From: a candidate division CSSED10-310 bacterium
Lineage (GTDB): Bacteria; CSSED10-310
Direction: 5' to 3'
NCBI GenBank assembly: GCA_016931515.1
Contig: JAFGEQ010000002.1
Span: forward strand, 26,278-90,277
Length of the DNA stretch: 64,000 bases
Both the position numbers and the translations under genes were made by a program. Below the pieces are notes generated by a model. That model searched no databases and was not told the DNA's origin. It saw only the letters and a program-made list of their open reading frames with translations. Positions 28,801 to 39,700 of this stretch are shown here, piece after piece (positions within the stretch are counted from its first letter, which is position 1; each line of letters begins with the position of its first letter).

Positions 28801-29763
28801 ATGTCAGGGATTTTAGTATGGGTGGAAACCAAAAACGGCAGACTTCGCAAATCCTCTCTTGAGGCGATTCAGGCAGGTTTGCAGATCGGCAAGAACTCGG
28901 AACCAGTGTCTGCTGTCGTTATCGGAGACAGAGTTTTAGCCGATCATGTTGCCATCTACCCGTTGAAAAATGTTTTTGTCATTTCAGGTGATCAGACGAA
29001 AACGTATCAAAGTGAACCATTCACGGACGCATTTTTTCAGGCGTTCGAAGTATCCGGCGCCTCCACAGTGATAATGGGCGCAACAGCATTGGGACGGGAT
29101 CTAAGTGCAAGATTGGCTGCACGGATGGATGCAGTTCTGGCTACGGATATCATCTCTGTCGATATGTCGGATGGCCTGTCGATCCTAAAACCGGTGTATT
29201 CGGGCAAGTTGATTGCAAAAATCAGTCTGGATGCTCCCCGGCAGGTTATCACGATTCGACCGAATGTTTTCGACACGCCTGAAGAGACAGGAAACACTGC
29301 ACCTGTAGTAGTGATTGAACCCGTTTCAAGCGACATAAGAGCACAAGTCAGGGAAGCGGTTACAGCTGCGCAGGATGCCATCGATATTACTGAAGCGGAA
29401 ATCATAGTATCCGGAGGCCGCGGGGTCGGTGGACCGGATGGATTCAAACTGCTCGAGGAAACCGCGAAGTTATTGGGAGGCTCTGTCGGAGCATCACGGA
29501 CAGCCGTTGATGAGGGATGGATCCCTTATAAACATCAGGTCGGCCAGACAGGTAAGGTGGTCAGCCCGATTCTCTACATTGCATGCGGTATTTCAGGAGC
29601 CATTCAACATTTTGCCGGAATGGGTTCCGCTCGTTTTATCATCGCAATCAATACGGATCCTGAAGCACCAATAATGAAGAAAGCCGATTTCGCAATTGTA
29701 GGTAACCTGTTTAACGTGTTACCTGCACTGCGCGATGAATTGGGTAAAATCATTCGAAAATAA
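28801..29763 (+). CDS. etfA: Electron transfer flavoprotein alpha subunit
   Basis: Track ORF 28783..29763. The likely ATG is at ~28801 (MSGILVWVE) after a GGAGAGGA RBS. The C-terminal FAD-binding block reads ISGAIQHFAGMGSARFIIAINTDPEAPI. Confidence 0.8.
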   Translation: MSGILVWVETKNGRLRKSSLEAIQAGLQIGKNSEPVSAVVIGDRVLADHVAIYPLKNVFVISGDQTKTYQSEPFTDAFFQAFEVSGASTVIMGATALGRDLSARLAARMDAVLATDIISVDMSDGLSILKPVYSGKLIAKISLDAPRQVITIRPNVFDTPEETGNTAPVVVIEPVSSDIRAQVREAVTAAQDAIDITEAEIIVSGGRGVGGPDGFKLLEETAKLLGGSVGASRTAVDEGWIPYKHQVGQTGKVVSPILYIACGISGAIQHFAGMGSARFIIAINTDPEAPIMKKADFAIVGNLFNVLPALRDELGKIIRK

Positions 29764-29790
29764 TCGAAAACCGGTTTGTTCGGAGGTTTT

Positions 29791-31797
29791 ATGGATCATA
29801 CATTCTTTCACGCATTGATTGTATCGCTGGCGATACCCGGCGCATTGTACCCATTCATCAAAGCAGTCCACAGAAAGTTTGCACTTCTGCAAAAAAGTAA
29901 TCCTGTTCCAGATCCGATCAGTGAACATCGAGTGCGAGTTAAAGAGCTGTTATCCATTTTTCTGGGTCAACAAAAGCTGTTTCAGGATTTCAAACCGGGC
30001 ATCATGCATGCAGTAATTTTCTGGGGGTTTCTTGCATTACTGCTGCGTGCCATTACACTTTTTATGATGTGCTTGTTCGGTTTTCAGTTTCATCTGCCTC
30101 TGCTTGGCAGTAATCAAATCACGGGGCGTCTGTTCTCCCTGATTACAGGTATGGCAACTGTCAGTGTTCTGATCATGGTGATATATGCCATGTACCGGCG
30201 CTATGTCCAGAAAGTGAAACGTTTGATTAACACATGGGGAGCTGCGTTTGTTTTAGGTATGATCGCCATGTTGATGATCACTGACCTGCTCTTCGATGGT
30301 GTTTTCCATGGCATCAGGAATACAGGCTTTTTATGGTATTCGCCCTTCGGATCAACTCTAGGAATTCTGTTCGCAGGCAGCAGTGGCATTGTTAACCCGG
30401 CAATGGTTTGGCTCGGGCATTTTTGTATTGTTTTGCATTGTCTTGGAATTCTTGCATTCCTTGTGTATCTCCCCAGCGGGAAGCACATGCATATCCTGAC
30501 ATCGGTTTTCAATGTCTATTTACGGCCCCTGCATCGAACCGGGCGACTTGTCAAACTTGATCTTGACGATGAAACGATCGAATCTTTTGGGATCGAGAAG
30601 ATGGACGATCATACCTGGAAAGATGTGCTGGACTTGTACACATGTACGGAATGTGGCCGGTGCAATGACCAATGTCCAGCTGCATTAACCGGGAAGTCGC
30701 TCGCACCTAGAGAAATTACAATTGCGGAGAATCATTTTCTACAAGATGAAGATGCTGACCGGATACTGACCGGATGCGCAACCGATGAACCTGTCAAGCA
30801 ACTGATTCCGGATGTCGTCAGCGAAGCCGCTATTTGGGAATGTACAACCTGTCATGCATGTGAACAGGCTTGCCCGGTCAACATTGGCTATGTTCACCGG
30901 ATAATAGGCCTCCGCAGAGCAGCAAATCTCAACCGCGGAGAATTTCCCAAGGAGTTAAAACGCGTTTTCAAGGGCATGGAAAACAATAGCAATCCTTGGA
31001 ATATCGGGGCCTCTAAGCGAGGAGATTGGGCATCTGATCTGGACATTCCATTCTTCTCAGACACGCCCAATGCCGAATTCCTTTTATATCCAGGCTGCGC
31101 CGGTTCATTCGATGATCGGGCTATAAAAGTTACCAAAACCCTCGTTCAATTACTCCGCAAGTTGAATATCTCGTTTGCGATTCTGGGATCCGATGAGACC
31201 TGTTGTGGCGAAACCGCCCGGCGTCTGGGTGAAGAAGCATTGGGACAATCCTTGATTCATGCCAACATTGAGTTGTTTAATGAACTCGGAGTTAAAAGCA
31301 TCCTGACAACATGTCCGCACTGCTACAATACATTCAAAAACGAGTATCCTGATTTCGGCGGTAATTTCAAAGTGATCCATCATTCTCAACTGCTCGCCGG
31401 GTGGGTCAGAAATAATCCGATTTTTCCTGCTGCCGTGCAGCTTCAGGACGTGACAATACATGATCCATGTTACCTTGGTCGGGTCAATGGTGATTACGAT
31501 AGCGCCAGATCCATTATCAATGGCATCAGTGGACTGATCACAACCGAAACCGAAAAAAACCGCTCAAAATCAATGTGTTGCGGCGCAGGTGGAGGTATGT
31601 TCTGGATGGAGGAAACCGGCGAACGGATTAACCACAGTCGATTTGATGAGTTAATGGTACAACAGCCATCTCAAATTGCTGTTTCTTGTCCATATTGTCT
31701 GATCATGCTGTCGGATGCAGCCAAAGATAAACAGGTACAGGATGCCGTGAAAGTGCAGGATGTTGCAGAGATCCTGTTATCTGCAATTGATCGTTGA
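29791..31797 (+). CDS. Membrane-bound Fe-S oxidoreductase (N-terminal TM domain, 4Fe-4S dicluster, C-terminal CCG cysteine-rich domains; heterodisulfide reductase/GlpC-like)
   Basis: Track ORF 29776..31797 with an ATG at ~29791 after GGAGG. Hydrophobic N-terminal ~260 aa; two CxxCxxCxxxCP ferredoxin motifs (CTECGRCNDQCP, CTTCHACEQACP); CCG-like motifs (TTCPHCYNTF, CPYC) in the C-terminal half; directly follows etfBA. Confidence 0.7.
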   Translation: MDHTFFHALIVSLAIPGALYPFIKAVHRKFALLQKSNPVPDPISEHRVRVKELLSIFLGQQKLFQDFKPGIMHAVIFWGFLALLLRAITLFMMCLFGFQFHLPLLGSNQITGRLFSLITGMATVSVLIMVIYAMYRRYVQKVKRLINTWGAAFVLGMIAMLMITDLLFDGVFHGIRNTGFLWYSPFGSTLGILFAGSSGIVNPAMVWLGHFCIVLHCLGILAFLVYLPSGKHMHILTSVFNVYLRPLHRTGRLVKLDLDDETIESFGIEKMDDHTWKDVLDLYTCTECGRCNDQCPAALTGKSLAPREITIAENHFLQDEDADRILTGCATDEPVKQLIPDVVSEAAIWECTTCHACEQACPVNIGYVHRIIGLRRAANLNRGEFPKELKRVFKGMENNSNPWNIGASKRGDWASDLDIPFFSDTPNAEFLLYPGCAGSFDDRAIKVTKTLVQLLRKLNISFAILGSDETCCGETARRLGEEALGQSLIHANIELFNELGVKSILTTCPHCYNTFKNEYPDFGGNFKVIHHSQLLAGWVRNNPIFPAAVQLQDVTIHDPCYLGRVNGDYDSARSIINGISGLITTETEKNRSKSMCCGAGGGMFWMEETGERINHSRFDELMVQQPSQIAVSCPYCLIMLSDAAKDKQVQDAVKVQDVAEILLSAIDR

Positions 31798-31825
31798 TCA
31801 AATCAGTCTTTAGTGGACCGCTTCG

Positions 31826-32887
31826 TCAATACAATCGTTTCAGGTTCCGTTTTGCAACAGGATCATTCGGATTGATGCGCAGTGCCTGGCGATAAGCGTC
31901 TTTTGCACCGTTGCGTTCACCTTGTTTTTGCAACACATTGCCTAATAAAACAAAGGCTGCAGCATTCCTTGTGTCGCAATCGATCGCTGTTCGGAACGAT
32001 GCCTCCGCATCACTCAGATTATCTTGGGACAAAGCAATCTGTCCTGCCAGCATGTGCCCTGAGCTGGACCGTGGTTCCTTCACTAAGTACAAAGCCAGAT
32101 TTTTTCTTGCGTTCCCGATTTGCCCTTCATTGTAATAGCAAAAGGCGATATTCAATCGTGCCACGCTGTTACCAGGATCGATACTAATACCACGTTGATA
32201 GTAATTTATCGCGTCAACAAAATGGTTCTGCTCCTGTAGAATCATGCCGACACTAAAATGCAATACGGCGGACTCGGGAAAATCATTGGACGCCTTTAAA
32301 ATTGCATCCTGATACTCTGATTTTTTTTCCGTTTTTACAAGCATACGGATGAGGTCAATACGAATAAACTCATCACCGGGTTGAAGCTCTGACGCTCTGC
32401 GGAATTTCTCCGCCGCCAGTTGCCAATTCCCTTTAATCTTGTAAATTCTGGCCATTTCGAGGATGGCCTGATAGTAATCGGATTGACTATCTAACAGAAT
32501 TTCAAATTCCTTGAGCGCTTCATCATACAGGCCTTGCTGCTTCAACAGAATGCCCAGTTCCATTCTTGTGATCAGCACGCTCGACTCGATGTCGAGTGCT
32601 TGTCTATAGTAGAGGACCGCCTGTTCAGGCTGCCCGGTCTCAGCTAATGCTCTTGCATACGCCGCCAGGGCGATGAAACTATCCGGATTGTTCATCACTG
32701 CCTGGCCACAGGTATCCACCGCTTCTGAGTATTTTCCAGATTCAACCAGCATGAAGCACTCATCAATCATTGGATCCGTGTCCGCTTGTCGTGATTCTTG
32801 CGCGATCTTTCGGGAATCCGGCACACAGCCTGTCATAAAGCTGCTCAGGCAAACCAAAATGAAAATGGTGAAAAACCAGTTCCTCAT
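31826..32887 (-). CDS. TPR-repeat lipoprotein
   Basis: 353 aa; signal peptide and lipobox (FMTGC); multiple 34-aa TPR units (AxxYxxAL...P patterns). Confidence 0.55.
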   Translation of the reverse strand: MRNWFFTIFILVCLSSFMTGCVPDSRKIAQESRQADTDPMIDECFMLVESGKYSEAVDTCGQAVMNNPDSFIALAAYARALAETGQPEQAVLYYRQALDIESSVLITRMELGILLKQQGLYDEALKEFEILLDSQSDYYQAILEMARIYKIKGNWQLAAEKFRRASELQPGDEFIRIDLIRMLVKTEKKSEYQDAILKASNDFPESAVLHFSVGMILQEQNHFVDAINYYQRGISIDPGNSVARLNIAFCYYNEGQIGNARKNLALYLVKEPRSSSGHMLAGQIALSQDNLSDAEASFRTAIDCDTRNAAAFVLLGNVLQKQGERNGAKDAYRQALRINPNDPVAKRNLKRLY

Positions 32888-32943
32888 TGCTATCTCCTTT
32901 CAAAACGTGCCGCAGAGTGGAAAGCCATAACTATGGAATAGTA

Positions 32944-34734
32944 TCAACCCGGCTTTCCCGCGTAATACAATTGATGCAGACGAGGGTATATCCCATTTTG
33001 TTTCTTCAATAATTCGTCATGAGTTCCAGACTCTGCCAGATGTCCTTTATGGAAGACAAAAATCCTGTCTGCATTGCGAATAGTCGACAAGCGATGTGCC
33101 ACAACCAGTGCCGTCCTGCCTTTTAGAATCTTCTCTGTTGCGATCTGGATGACGGATTCGGTTACAGTGTCTATGTTTGACGTTGCTTCATCAAGAATCA
33201 CAATCTGGGGATTGAAGCTTATTGTACGCATAAATGAGACGAGCTGCTTCTGACCCGCTGATAGTCGCCGGCCTCCTTCACCCACTTCCGTCGCAAACTT
33301 CCTGCTCATCCGGTTGATGAATGTCGCCAAACCGCTCTGTTCCGCAATCCTTTCCAACTCCATATCGGAAATCCCCTGCCGACCGACCCGGATATTGTCT
33401 GCTATTGACCCGTTAAAAATAAACGCGTCCTGGTGAATCAACCCCAAGAATCCCCGAAGCACATTGAGCGGTATTTTTCGGATATCAGTGCCATCCAATC
33501 GGATAACACCCCGGACCGGATCATAAAACCTACATAACAGGTTCGTCAGAGTCGTTTTACCCGCTCCAGTAGCCCCCACAACAGCGATACTCTCTCCAGG
33601 GTGAATCACAAACGAGACATCTTTCATGACCCATTCTTCATTATTATAAGCAAACCAGACATTTTCGAATCGAATTTCCCCGACAATGGTCTCTGGGATT
33701 ACCGCATCATCTTCCAAAGGTTCTGAGACACCGGTCGACATATCCATTACCTGGAATATCCGCTCCGATGAAGCAAGTGCAGATTGGAGAATATTAATCT
33801 GTTGAGACATATCCTGAATCGGGCGGAAAAAACGCCTGGCATATTGAAAAAAGGCAACTAAAACGCCAACAGTGATGCCTCCTCCCTGGATCATAAAACC
33901 GCCATACTTCAAAAGCAGTACGATCGTGATTGCGCTCGTTATCTCCACTGTTGGGACAAAAAGAGCGAAGTAGAATACGGTTTGGAGATGTGCATTGAGT
34001 GTTTCCTGGTTAGCGCGATCGAATTGTTCACGAACTTTTAGATTATTGTTAAACAACTGGATAACATGTATTCCTCGGATATGTTCAGAGAGGAATCCGT
34101 TGAGTGCGGCAACTTTCGTCCGTACCGCTCGAAAACTGTCCCGAAATTTTTTCCTGAACAGGATGACATTCACTGCGAACAGAACCATGCTTAACAGGAC
34201 AAATATAGTGAGTCGGGTATTCAAGGAAAACATAATGACAACGATACCTATCAGTGTCATGGAGTCACCGATAAACTGAACAACACCGGAGGAAAACAGT
34301 TCGTTCAAGGTCTCAATATCTGATGTAAGGCGGGTGATGATCCAGCCTGTTGGAAATTTGTCAAAAAAGCGGATATCCAGCGATTGAATATGTTTAAACA
34401 GAGATTTACGGATATCATTCATGATTGATTGCCCAGTCAATGCCATCGTATAGATCTGGCTGAACATTGCGATAAAACTGCCGAGAATCGTCATCATATA
34501 TATTGCAGTCAATCGTAACAAACCGGAGTAATTCTTGTCTGCGATTGGACCATCGATTGCAGATTTTATAATGTATGGACCGGCGAGTTGAAGAGTGGAA
34601 AACGCCAGAAGACATATGAGAGCAAGGATTACTTGAAGCCAGTAGGGCTTAAGAAATCCGAAAATTCTTCCAGTCGTACTGAGATTGATCGTAAAATTTT
34701 CAGGTATCTCTGCTGCATGGTGCATTCTCGGCAT
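32944..34734 (-). CDS. ABC transporter permease/ATP-binding protein (type I exporter, MsbA-like), second subunit of a heterodimer
   Basis: Track ORF reaches 34776. An ATG at 34734 overlaps the upstream stop as TAATG. Six TM helices are followed by an NBD with Walker A GATGAGKTT, signature LSAGQKQL and Walker B ILDEATS. Confidence 0.8.
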   Translation of the reverse strand: MPRMHHAAEIPENFTINLSTTGRIFGFLKPYWLQVILALICLLAFSTLQLAGPYIIKSAIDGPIADKNYSGLLRLTAIYMMTILGSFIAMFSQIYTMALTGQSIMNDIRKSLFKHIQSLDIRFFDKFPTGWIITRLTSDIETLNELFSSGVVQFIGDSMTLIGIVVIMFSLNTRLTIFVLLSMVLFAVNVILFRKKFRDSFRAVRTKVAALNGFLSEHIRGIHVIQLFNNNLKVREQFDRANQETLNAHLQTVFYFALFVPTVEITSAITIVLLLKYGGFMIQGGGITVGVLVAFFQYARRFFRPIQDMSQQINILQSALASSERIFQVMDMSTGVSEPLEDDAVIPETIVGEIRFENVWFAYNNEEWVMKDVSFVIHPGESIAVVGATGAGKTTLTNLLCRFYDPVRGVIRLDGTDIRKIPLNVLRGFLGLIHQDAFIFNGSIADNIRVGRQGISDMELERIAEQSGLATFINRMSRKFATEVGEGGRRLSAGQKQLVSFMRTISFNPQIVILDEATSNIDTVTESVIQIATEKILKGRTALVVAHRLSTIRNADRIFVFHKGHLAESGTHDELLKKQNGIYPRLHQLYYAGKPG

Positions 34735-36491
34735 TAAAAAGACTCCAATTGAGATAGTAGATCCTGACGCCGGCAAAGGTCCGCATAATATCCATTCGCA
34801 GCAACCAGTGTGTCATGATCACCATCTTCGCTAATCCCGCCGTCCTCCAAAATTAAAATCCGGTCAGCTCGCCGTGCTGTATTCATTCTGTGGGAAATGA
34901 TAATCGTCGTCTTCTTTCCTTTAATTTGTAGAAGCTTATTAAGGATTGCCTCTTCAGTCGCTATGTCAACGCTTGAAAACGGATCATCCAGAAGAAGGAG
35001 ATCTGAGTCGCGAAGGAGCATTCGAGCAAGTGTCAGGCGTTGCTTCTGACCCCCCGATAAATTTATCCCCCGTTCACCGAGGTGTGTCTCCAACTGATCC
35101 GGGAATTCCATGAATTCCTGGTCCAAATTCGCGATCTCAAGCGCATTCATAAGAACGGTCGGATCTGACGATCTGGCTCCGAAAAACAGATTGTTGGCAA
35201 TCGAGTCAGAAAAAACAACGATGTTTTGCGGCATTATTCCAACATATTCTCGAATAGGATATTCCGGTAACGAATCGGTTGGATATCCATTAATTGATAC
35301 TGTCCCTGAAGTGGGAAGGTAGCTTCGTGTGATCAGATTCATGAGGGTTGTTTTTCCTGATCCCGATGCTCCCATGACTGCCACTGTTTCCCCCTGTTTG
35401 ATTGAAAAATTGGTTTTTTCCAGAACATAGGGTTGATCAGGACAGTATTTGAAGCAGACATCTTTGAACTCGATATCACCTCTGAACTGATGAACAGGAA
35501 TGTAATCATCCCCCGGCAGCATACCCAGGCATGGTTTTTCTTCAAAGATTGACTGGATTCTTTGCATGGCAGCAGATCCCTGCTGAATCAGACCGACAAC
35601 CCAGCCGACAGCAAAGAGAGGCCATGAGAGGATTGCCAGGTATTCAAGAAAGGCAACCATACTCCCAATGGTAATCCGTCCGGAGATAACCCACCATCCA
35701 CAGAAGAGCAGAATGACGCTCGTAGAAATGCCTGTAAGAAGTGTCATCAGCGGCGTAAACAAACCCTGGAAGCGAACCAGATTTAAATTTTTCCGGACAT
35801 AATTGTCACTCATCGCGTTTAACTTCTCGCATTCCACTGATTCAAGGTTATAGGCCTTAACAATCCGAATCCCGGTCAGATTTTCCTGTACACAGGATGT
35901 GATTTCAGCAAGCTGCTCCTGAACCTGTTCGGAGTGGAATCGGATCTTCCTGCCCATGAAGTAAAACATGACCGGCATCAAAGGAAGAGGGATTAAGGAC
36001 AGCAGTGTCAGCCGGATATCGATGACCAGCATAAAACTCAATGCAAAAATCAAGGAAACGATAGTGTTTCCTATTTGCATCAACGCAGGACCCAATATCA
36101 TTCGAACTCGGAGAATATCATTAGTCATCCTTGATAGGATGTCACCGCTTGAAACACGATCATAATAGGATCGGGGCAGTATTAGAACATGCTCAAAAAT
36201 CTTCTGTCTCAAGTCTCCTTCAACATGCCGGCTGACACCAATAATCAACCATCTCATGAGAAATCGAAATATGCAGACACTGATGGTTACACTCAGAATG
36301 GCCAGAATATACAGTCCGATTCTGGCTTTAAAATGGTCACTGCCCAAATCATCAACTGCCATCTTCATAATCCACGGCTGGATCATCATCAGACTCGAGG
36401 AGCAGAGGAGGCAGAGCAATCCCAACGTGAGTGTTTTAGAATAAGGTTTCCAGTAAGGTGCCAGTATGTTATGAAGGCGTTTTAATGTCAT
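34734..36491 (-). CDS. ABC transporter permease/ATP-binding protein (type I exporter), first subunit of a heterodimer
   Basis: 585 aa; TMD then NBD with Walker A GASGSGKTT, signature LSGGQKQR and Walker B LLLDDPFSS. Confidence 0.8.
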   Translation of the reverse strand: MTLKRLHNILAPYWKPYSKTLTLGLLCLLCSSSLMMIQPWIMKMAVDDLGSDHFKARIGLYILAILSVTISVCIFRFLMRWLIIGVSRHVEGDLRQKIFEHVLILPRSYYDRVSSGDILSRMTNDILRVRMILGPALMQIGNTIVSLIFALSFMLVIDIRLTLLSLIPLPLMPVMFYFMGRKIRFHSEQVQEQLAEITSCVQENLTGIRIVKAYNLESVECEKLNAMSDNYVRKNLNLVRFQGLFTPLMTLLTGISTSVILLFCGWWVISGRITIGSMVAFLEYLAILSWPLFAVGWVVGLIQQGSAAMQRIQSIFEEKPCLGMLPGDDYIPVHQFRGDIEFKDVCFKYCPDQPYVLEKTNFSIKQGETVAVMGASGSGKTTLMNLITRSYLPTSGTVSINGYPTDSLPEYPIREYVGIMPQNIVVFSDSIANNLFFGARSSDPTVLMNALEIANLDQEFMEFPDQLETHLGERGINLSGGQKQRLTLARMLLRDSDLLLLDDPFSSVDIATEEAILNKLLQIKGKKTTIIISHRMNTARRADRILILEDGGISEDGDHDTLVAANGYYADLCRRQDLLSQLESF

Positions 36492-36640
36492 TCTCGAAGT
36501 CGTGGTTGATCTGATCGGAAATGATCAGGGGACGAAGTATAAAAGAATTTCTCCTTTTTCTCAAATTGACCAGATGACATACAGGTTGTTTTGGGTGTGG
36601 AGATTGTTCGATACGGTTTCACAAACAATGACAAACGCTG

Positions 36641-36675
36641 TTACATTTTATTTCAAGATTTTTACATTTTGTAAA
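36641..36675. promoter_or_regulatory. Direct repeat TTACATTTT (x2, 21 bp apart) with embedded palindrome TTTACA-ttt-TGTAAA in the divergent promoter region upstream of the 1711-aa regulator gene
   Basis: Read directly in the 235-bp intergenic region between the ABC exporter (-) and the giant gene (+); the two-helical-turn spacing suggests a dimeric regulator site. Confidence 0.3.
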
Positions 36676-36725
36676 ATTTTCTGGTATTCCTGTTAGGAAT
36701 TTCGTAAAATATCCGGTGGAAAAAG

Positions 36726-39700
36726 TTGGATTATCAGGCAAATCCAAACCAAAGGGATAACACGATGCATTTACCAAAAGAGTTACACGAAACCTACTCA
36801 ATTAGTGACGATCTGGGTGAAGATAGTCTGGGTAAATTATTAAGAGTAAAAAATAAAAGCAACGACACCATGCATCTCATGCGACTGATGCGAATATCAG
36901 GAAATGACCGGTTATTATCAGCTGAAATGAATTCCGACCTGGCACTATGGGCTGATCTCCATTATCATAGTGTCTCGTTTATCCGGGAGTTCTTGGATAT
37001 AAATGATTCTCACATTGCAGTAATTATGGATAACCGCCCCGGCATCAGACTAAGCACGGTGTGGAATGACATGCTACGCAAGGTTTCTGATGCAGATACA
37101 TTTATTCAAGAAATCGGTTCCGGGATTGAGTACATGCATCTGAATGGCATACGGCATTTATTCGTAAACCCGGACACGATACTTATCGACACAAGGGACG
37201 GCTCACGAGCTTTCTATCTGACCGATTGCGGACTGCTTGAGTTTCTTGAATGGACCACCCGATTTAATCTTCCAAAACCTGATGATTTTCCGGCTCTTGA
37301 ATTCATGAGCCCTGAGTTTGTTTCAGGGGAGCGATCAGATCTCAGAAGCGATCTCTACTCGTTCGGTACGGTCATATATCAACTTCTCACTGGTATCAAT
37401 CCGTTTCAATCAGACACTGCTACAGCAACAATTTCGGCTCATCTGAACCGGTTGATTAACCAACCCAAAGATTTAAACAGCGAAATCTCCGATAAATTGA
37501 ATATGTCAGTCATGAAGCTTCTCGAGAAAAACCCCGGATATCGACCCAGTAGTCTGATTAAGCATTTCGGTATTACATTTGAATCTGATGACTCTCAGGA
37601 AGTGCATTATTCCCTCTTGAATTCCTATTCTATTGATCATCCGCTTCCATTACAGGAGATCCGTTCAGCATTCGAAAAAGCATGCAATGGATCAGGGAGT
37701 GTTCTGGTGCTTGTTGGCGATACCGGGATCGGAAAAAGTCGTCTGCTGGAGGGAGTTGAATCTGAATTTCGGCTTTCAGGCGTAAACCCGATAATTATAC
37801 AGGCTTTCCCCAATTCGGATACTGAATGCGGATGCGGTGTCCTACGATCCGTTTTCAAAGCATTACACCATTTTTATCCAAAGCTGGAACCGGACGTCAT
37901 CGATCAGATGTATCCTCCTGATTTTGAAAAAAACTATCTTCAAATCTCAGATGCACTCTTTCAAGAGGCTGTTTTGCAGAGCTGTGCCAGACATATTTTG
38001 AAAGCTATTTTCGACAGGATTCAAGGAGATCAAGCGGTTCCTTGTGTTGTGATTCTCAAAGACTGCTTTTTCTCGGACAGTATTTTCTGGGGGTTTTTCC
38101 GCACGCTGGCACGACTGTTATCTGAGAAGGCCATTGGAAATGTTCCTTGTCTTTGGCTTGTCGAGACCCGGGATATTGAATCCGGTTTCATTAGAGTAAA
38201 AGGCAATGACGCCATTAAGCCGATTGAACTGGTTACATGTAATCGAGAAACCGTAATTAAAATCCTGGCTTCAGGTTTTGGTTTGGAATCAGTTCCAGAG
38301 ATGTTGACTGATTGGGTGATGGAGTTATCTGAAGGGAATTTCCAGACCATTGATCAGATGATAACAATGCTGCGTTACACCGGCATCCTTTCCCTGAAAG
38401 ATGATATCTATACAATAAACGATAATACATGGCATACGGTAAGAACTCATTGCAAAGATCTGAATCAGTTTACAGATTATGTAATCGATCATTACATGAC
38501 TCCTCCCATGCGTCTCGTTCTGACCCATTTATCTTTATGGCCGCATGGATGCTCACTGATCAATTTATCCCTGACAATGGACCTGGACACCTCAACCCGT
38601 AAGTTTTTTCATTGGTTGCTTTTTTCCGAATGGGTACGGAAGACAAGAGTGGAAGGGTCGTTCATCTACAAGATTCGATATCCTGTTCTACAGGAACGAT
38701 TTCTCAGAGCAACACCCGATTACCAGAAATCCAGATGGCATCAACGAATTGCCGATCAACTGTGTGACCGGCAGGGAGCTCTATCAACCATAGTCGCTGA
38801 GCATTATTTCAGCGCCGATAATCGTCTCCATGGATGCGAACATGCTTTGTCGGCTGCGATGCATTATCGTGACCGGCAATGTCTGGAAAAATCCCGGTTC
38901 TGGTTCACACGGATCCTTGAGAGCATGCCCGAGCGCAATCGAACTAAAATAACCCAGATAAGCTTTGAATATGCCAAGGTCTTGATAGCCGACAAGGACT
39001 TTTCCAAAGCACACGTGACGCTGTCTCAGGCGGAATCATTCCTCGAGTCACGATTCCATCATAAACGCGACAAAGCAGATTACCTCCTCCTTCGCGGCAT
39101 ATGCAGCTTCCATCTTGAAGATAACAATCAGGCTGTTTCATTCTTACTGGATGCTCTGAAAATGTTACCTCGAACAACTGCTCATGAATACCGGCTGAAG
39201 ATTCTTTTCTTTTTGGCACAAATTTGCGAAAAACTAAATGATTTTGAAGGACTTATCGTCCATTTCACAAATCTTCAGAAGTTACTTCCGCTGCGGAATT
39301 ATCCTTTTTTCGCAGGTCGACTTTTGGGTATTGTTGAACGGGCGTACCAGGAACTGCAGCAATACACAACCGCAGAATTTTACTTGAAAGAATCGATTCT
39401 TTTCGGCGAAACCACTGGTGATCATATATTTTTGTTAAACCAAAACCTTCGTTTGGGCCAGATTTATGAGCGGACAGGAAAATATCGTCTGGCAAGTGAA
39501 TCTTACGACCGCGTGATAAGACTGAGTAGAAAATACGTTCATTCTCGGTTGTTATGTGATGGCTTATGCCATCTGGCCAATCTGCACATGCTGTACAGTC
39601 AACAGGAACTTGCCCAAGGATTGCTGGCTGAAGCACTTCAATTATCTGAGAAGCTAAATGAACAACGTCTCTATGTCTGGAGCAGCTTTTTGCTATCCTC

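Noticed and set aside
36640-36725. Sigma-54 (-24/-12) promoter in front of the giant bEBP-like gene
   Set aside because: The best candidates (TGGTATTCCTGTTAGG, TGGATTATCAGGCAAA) have wrong GG-GC spacing or lack the conserved GC, so this is not supportable from sequence alone.
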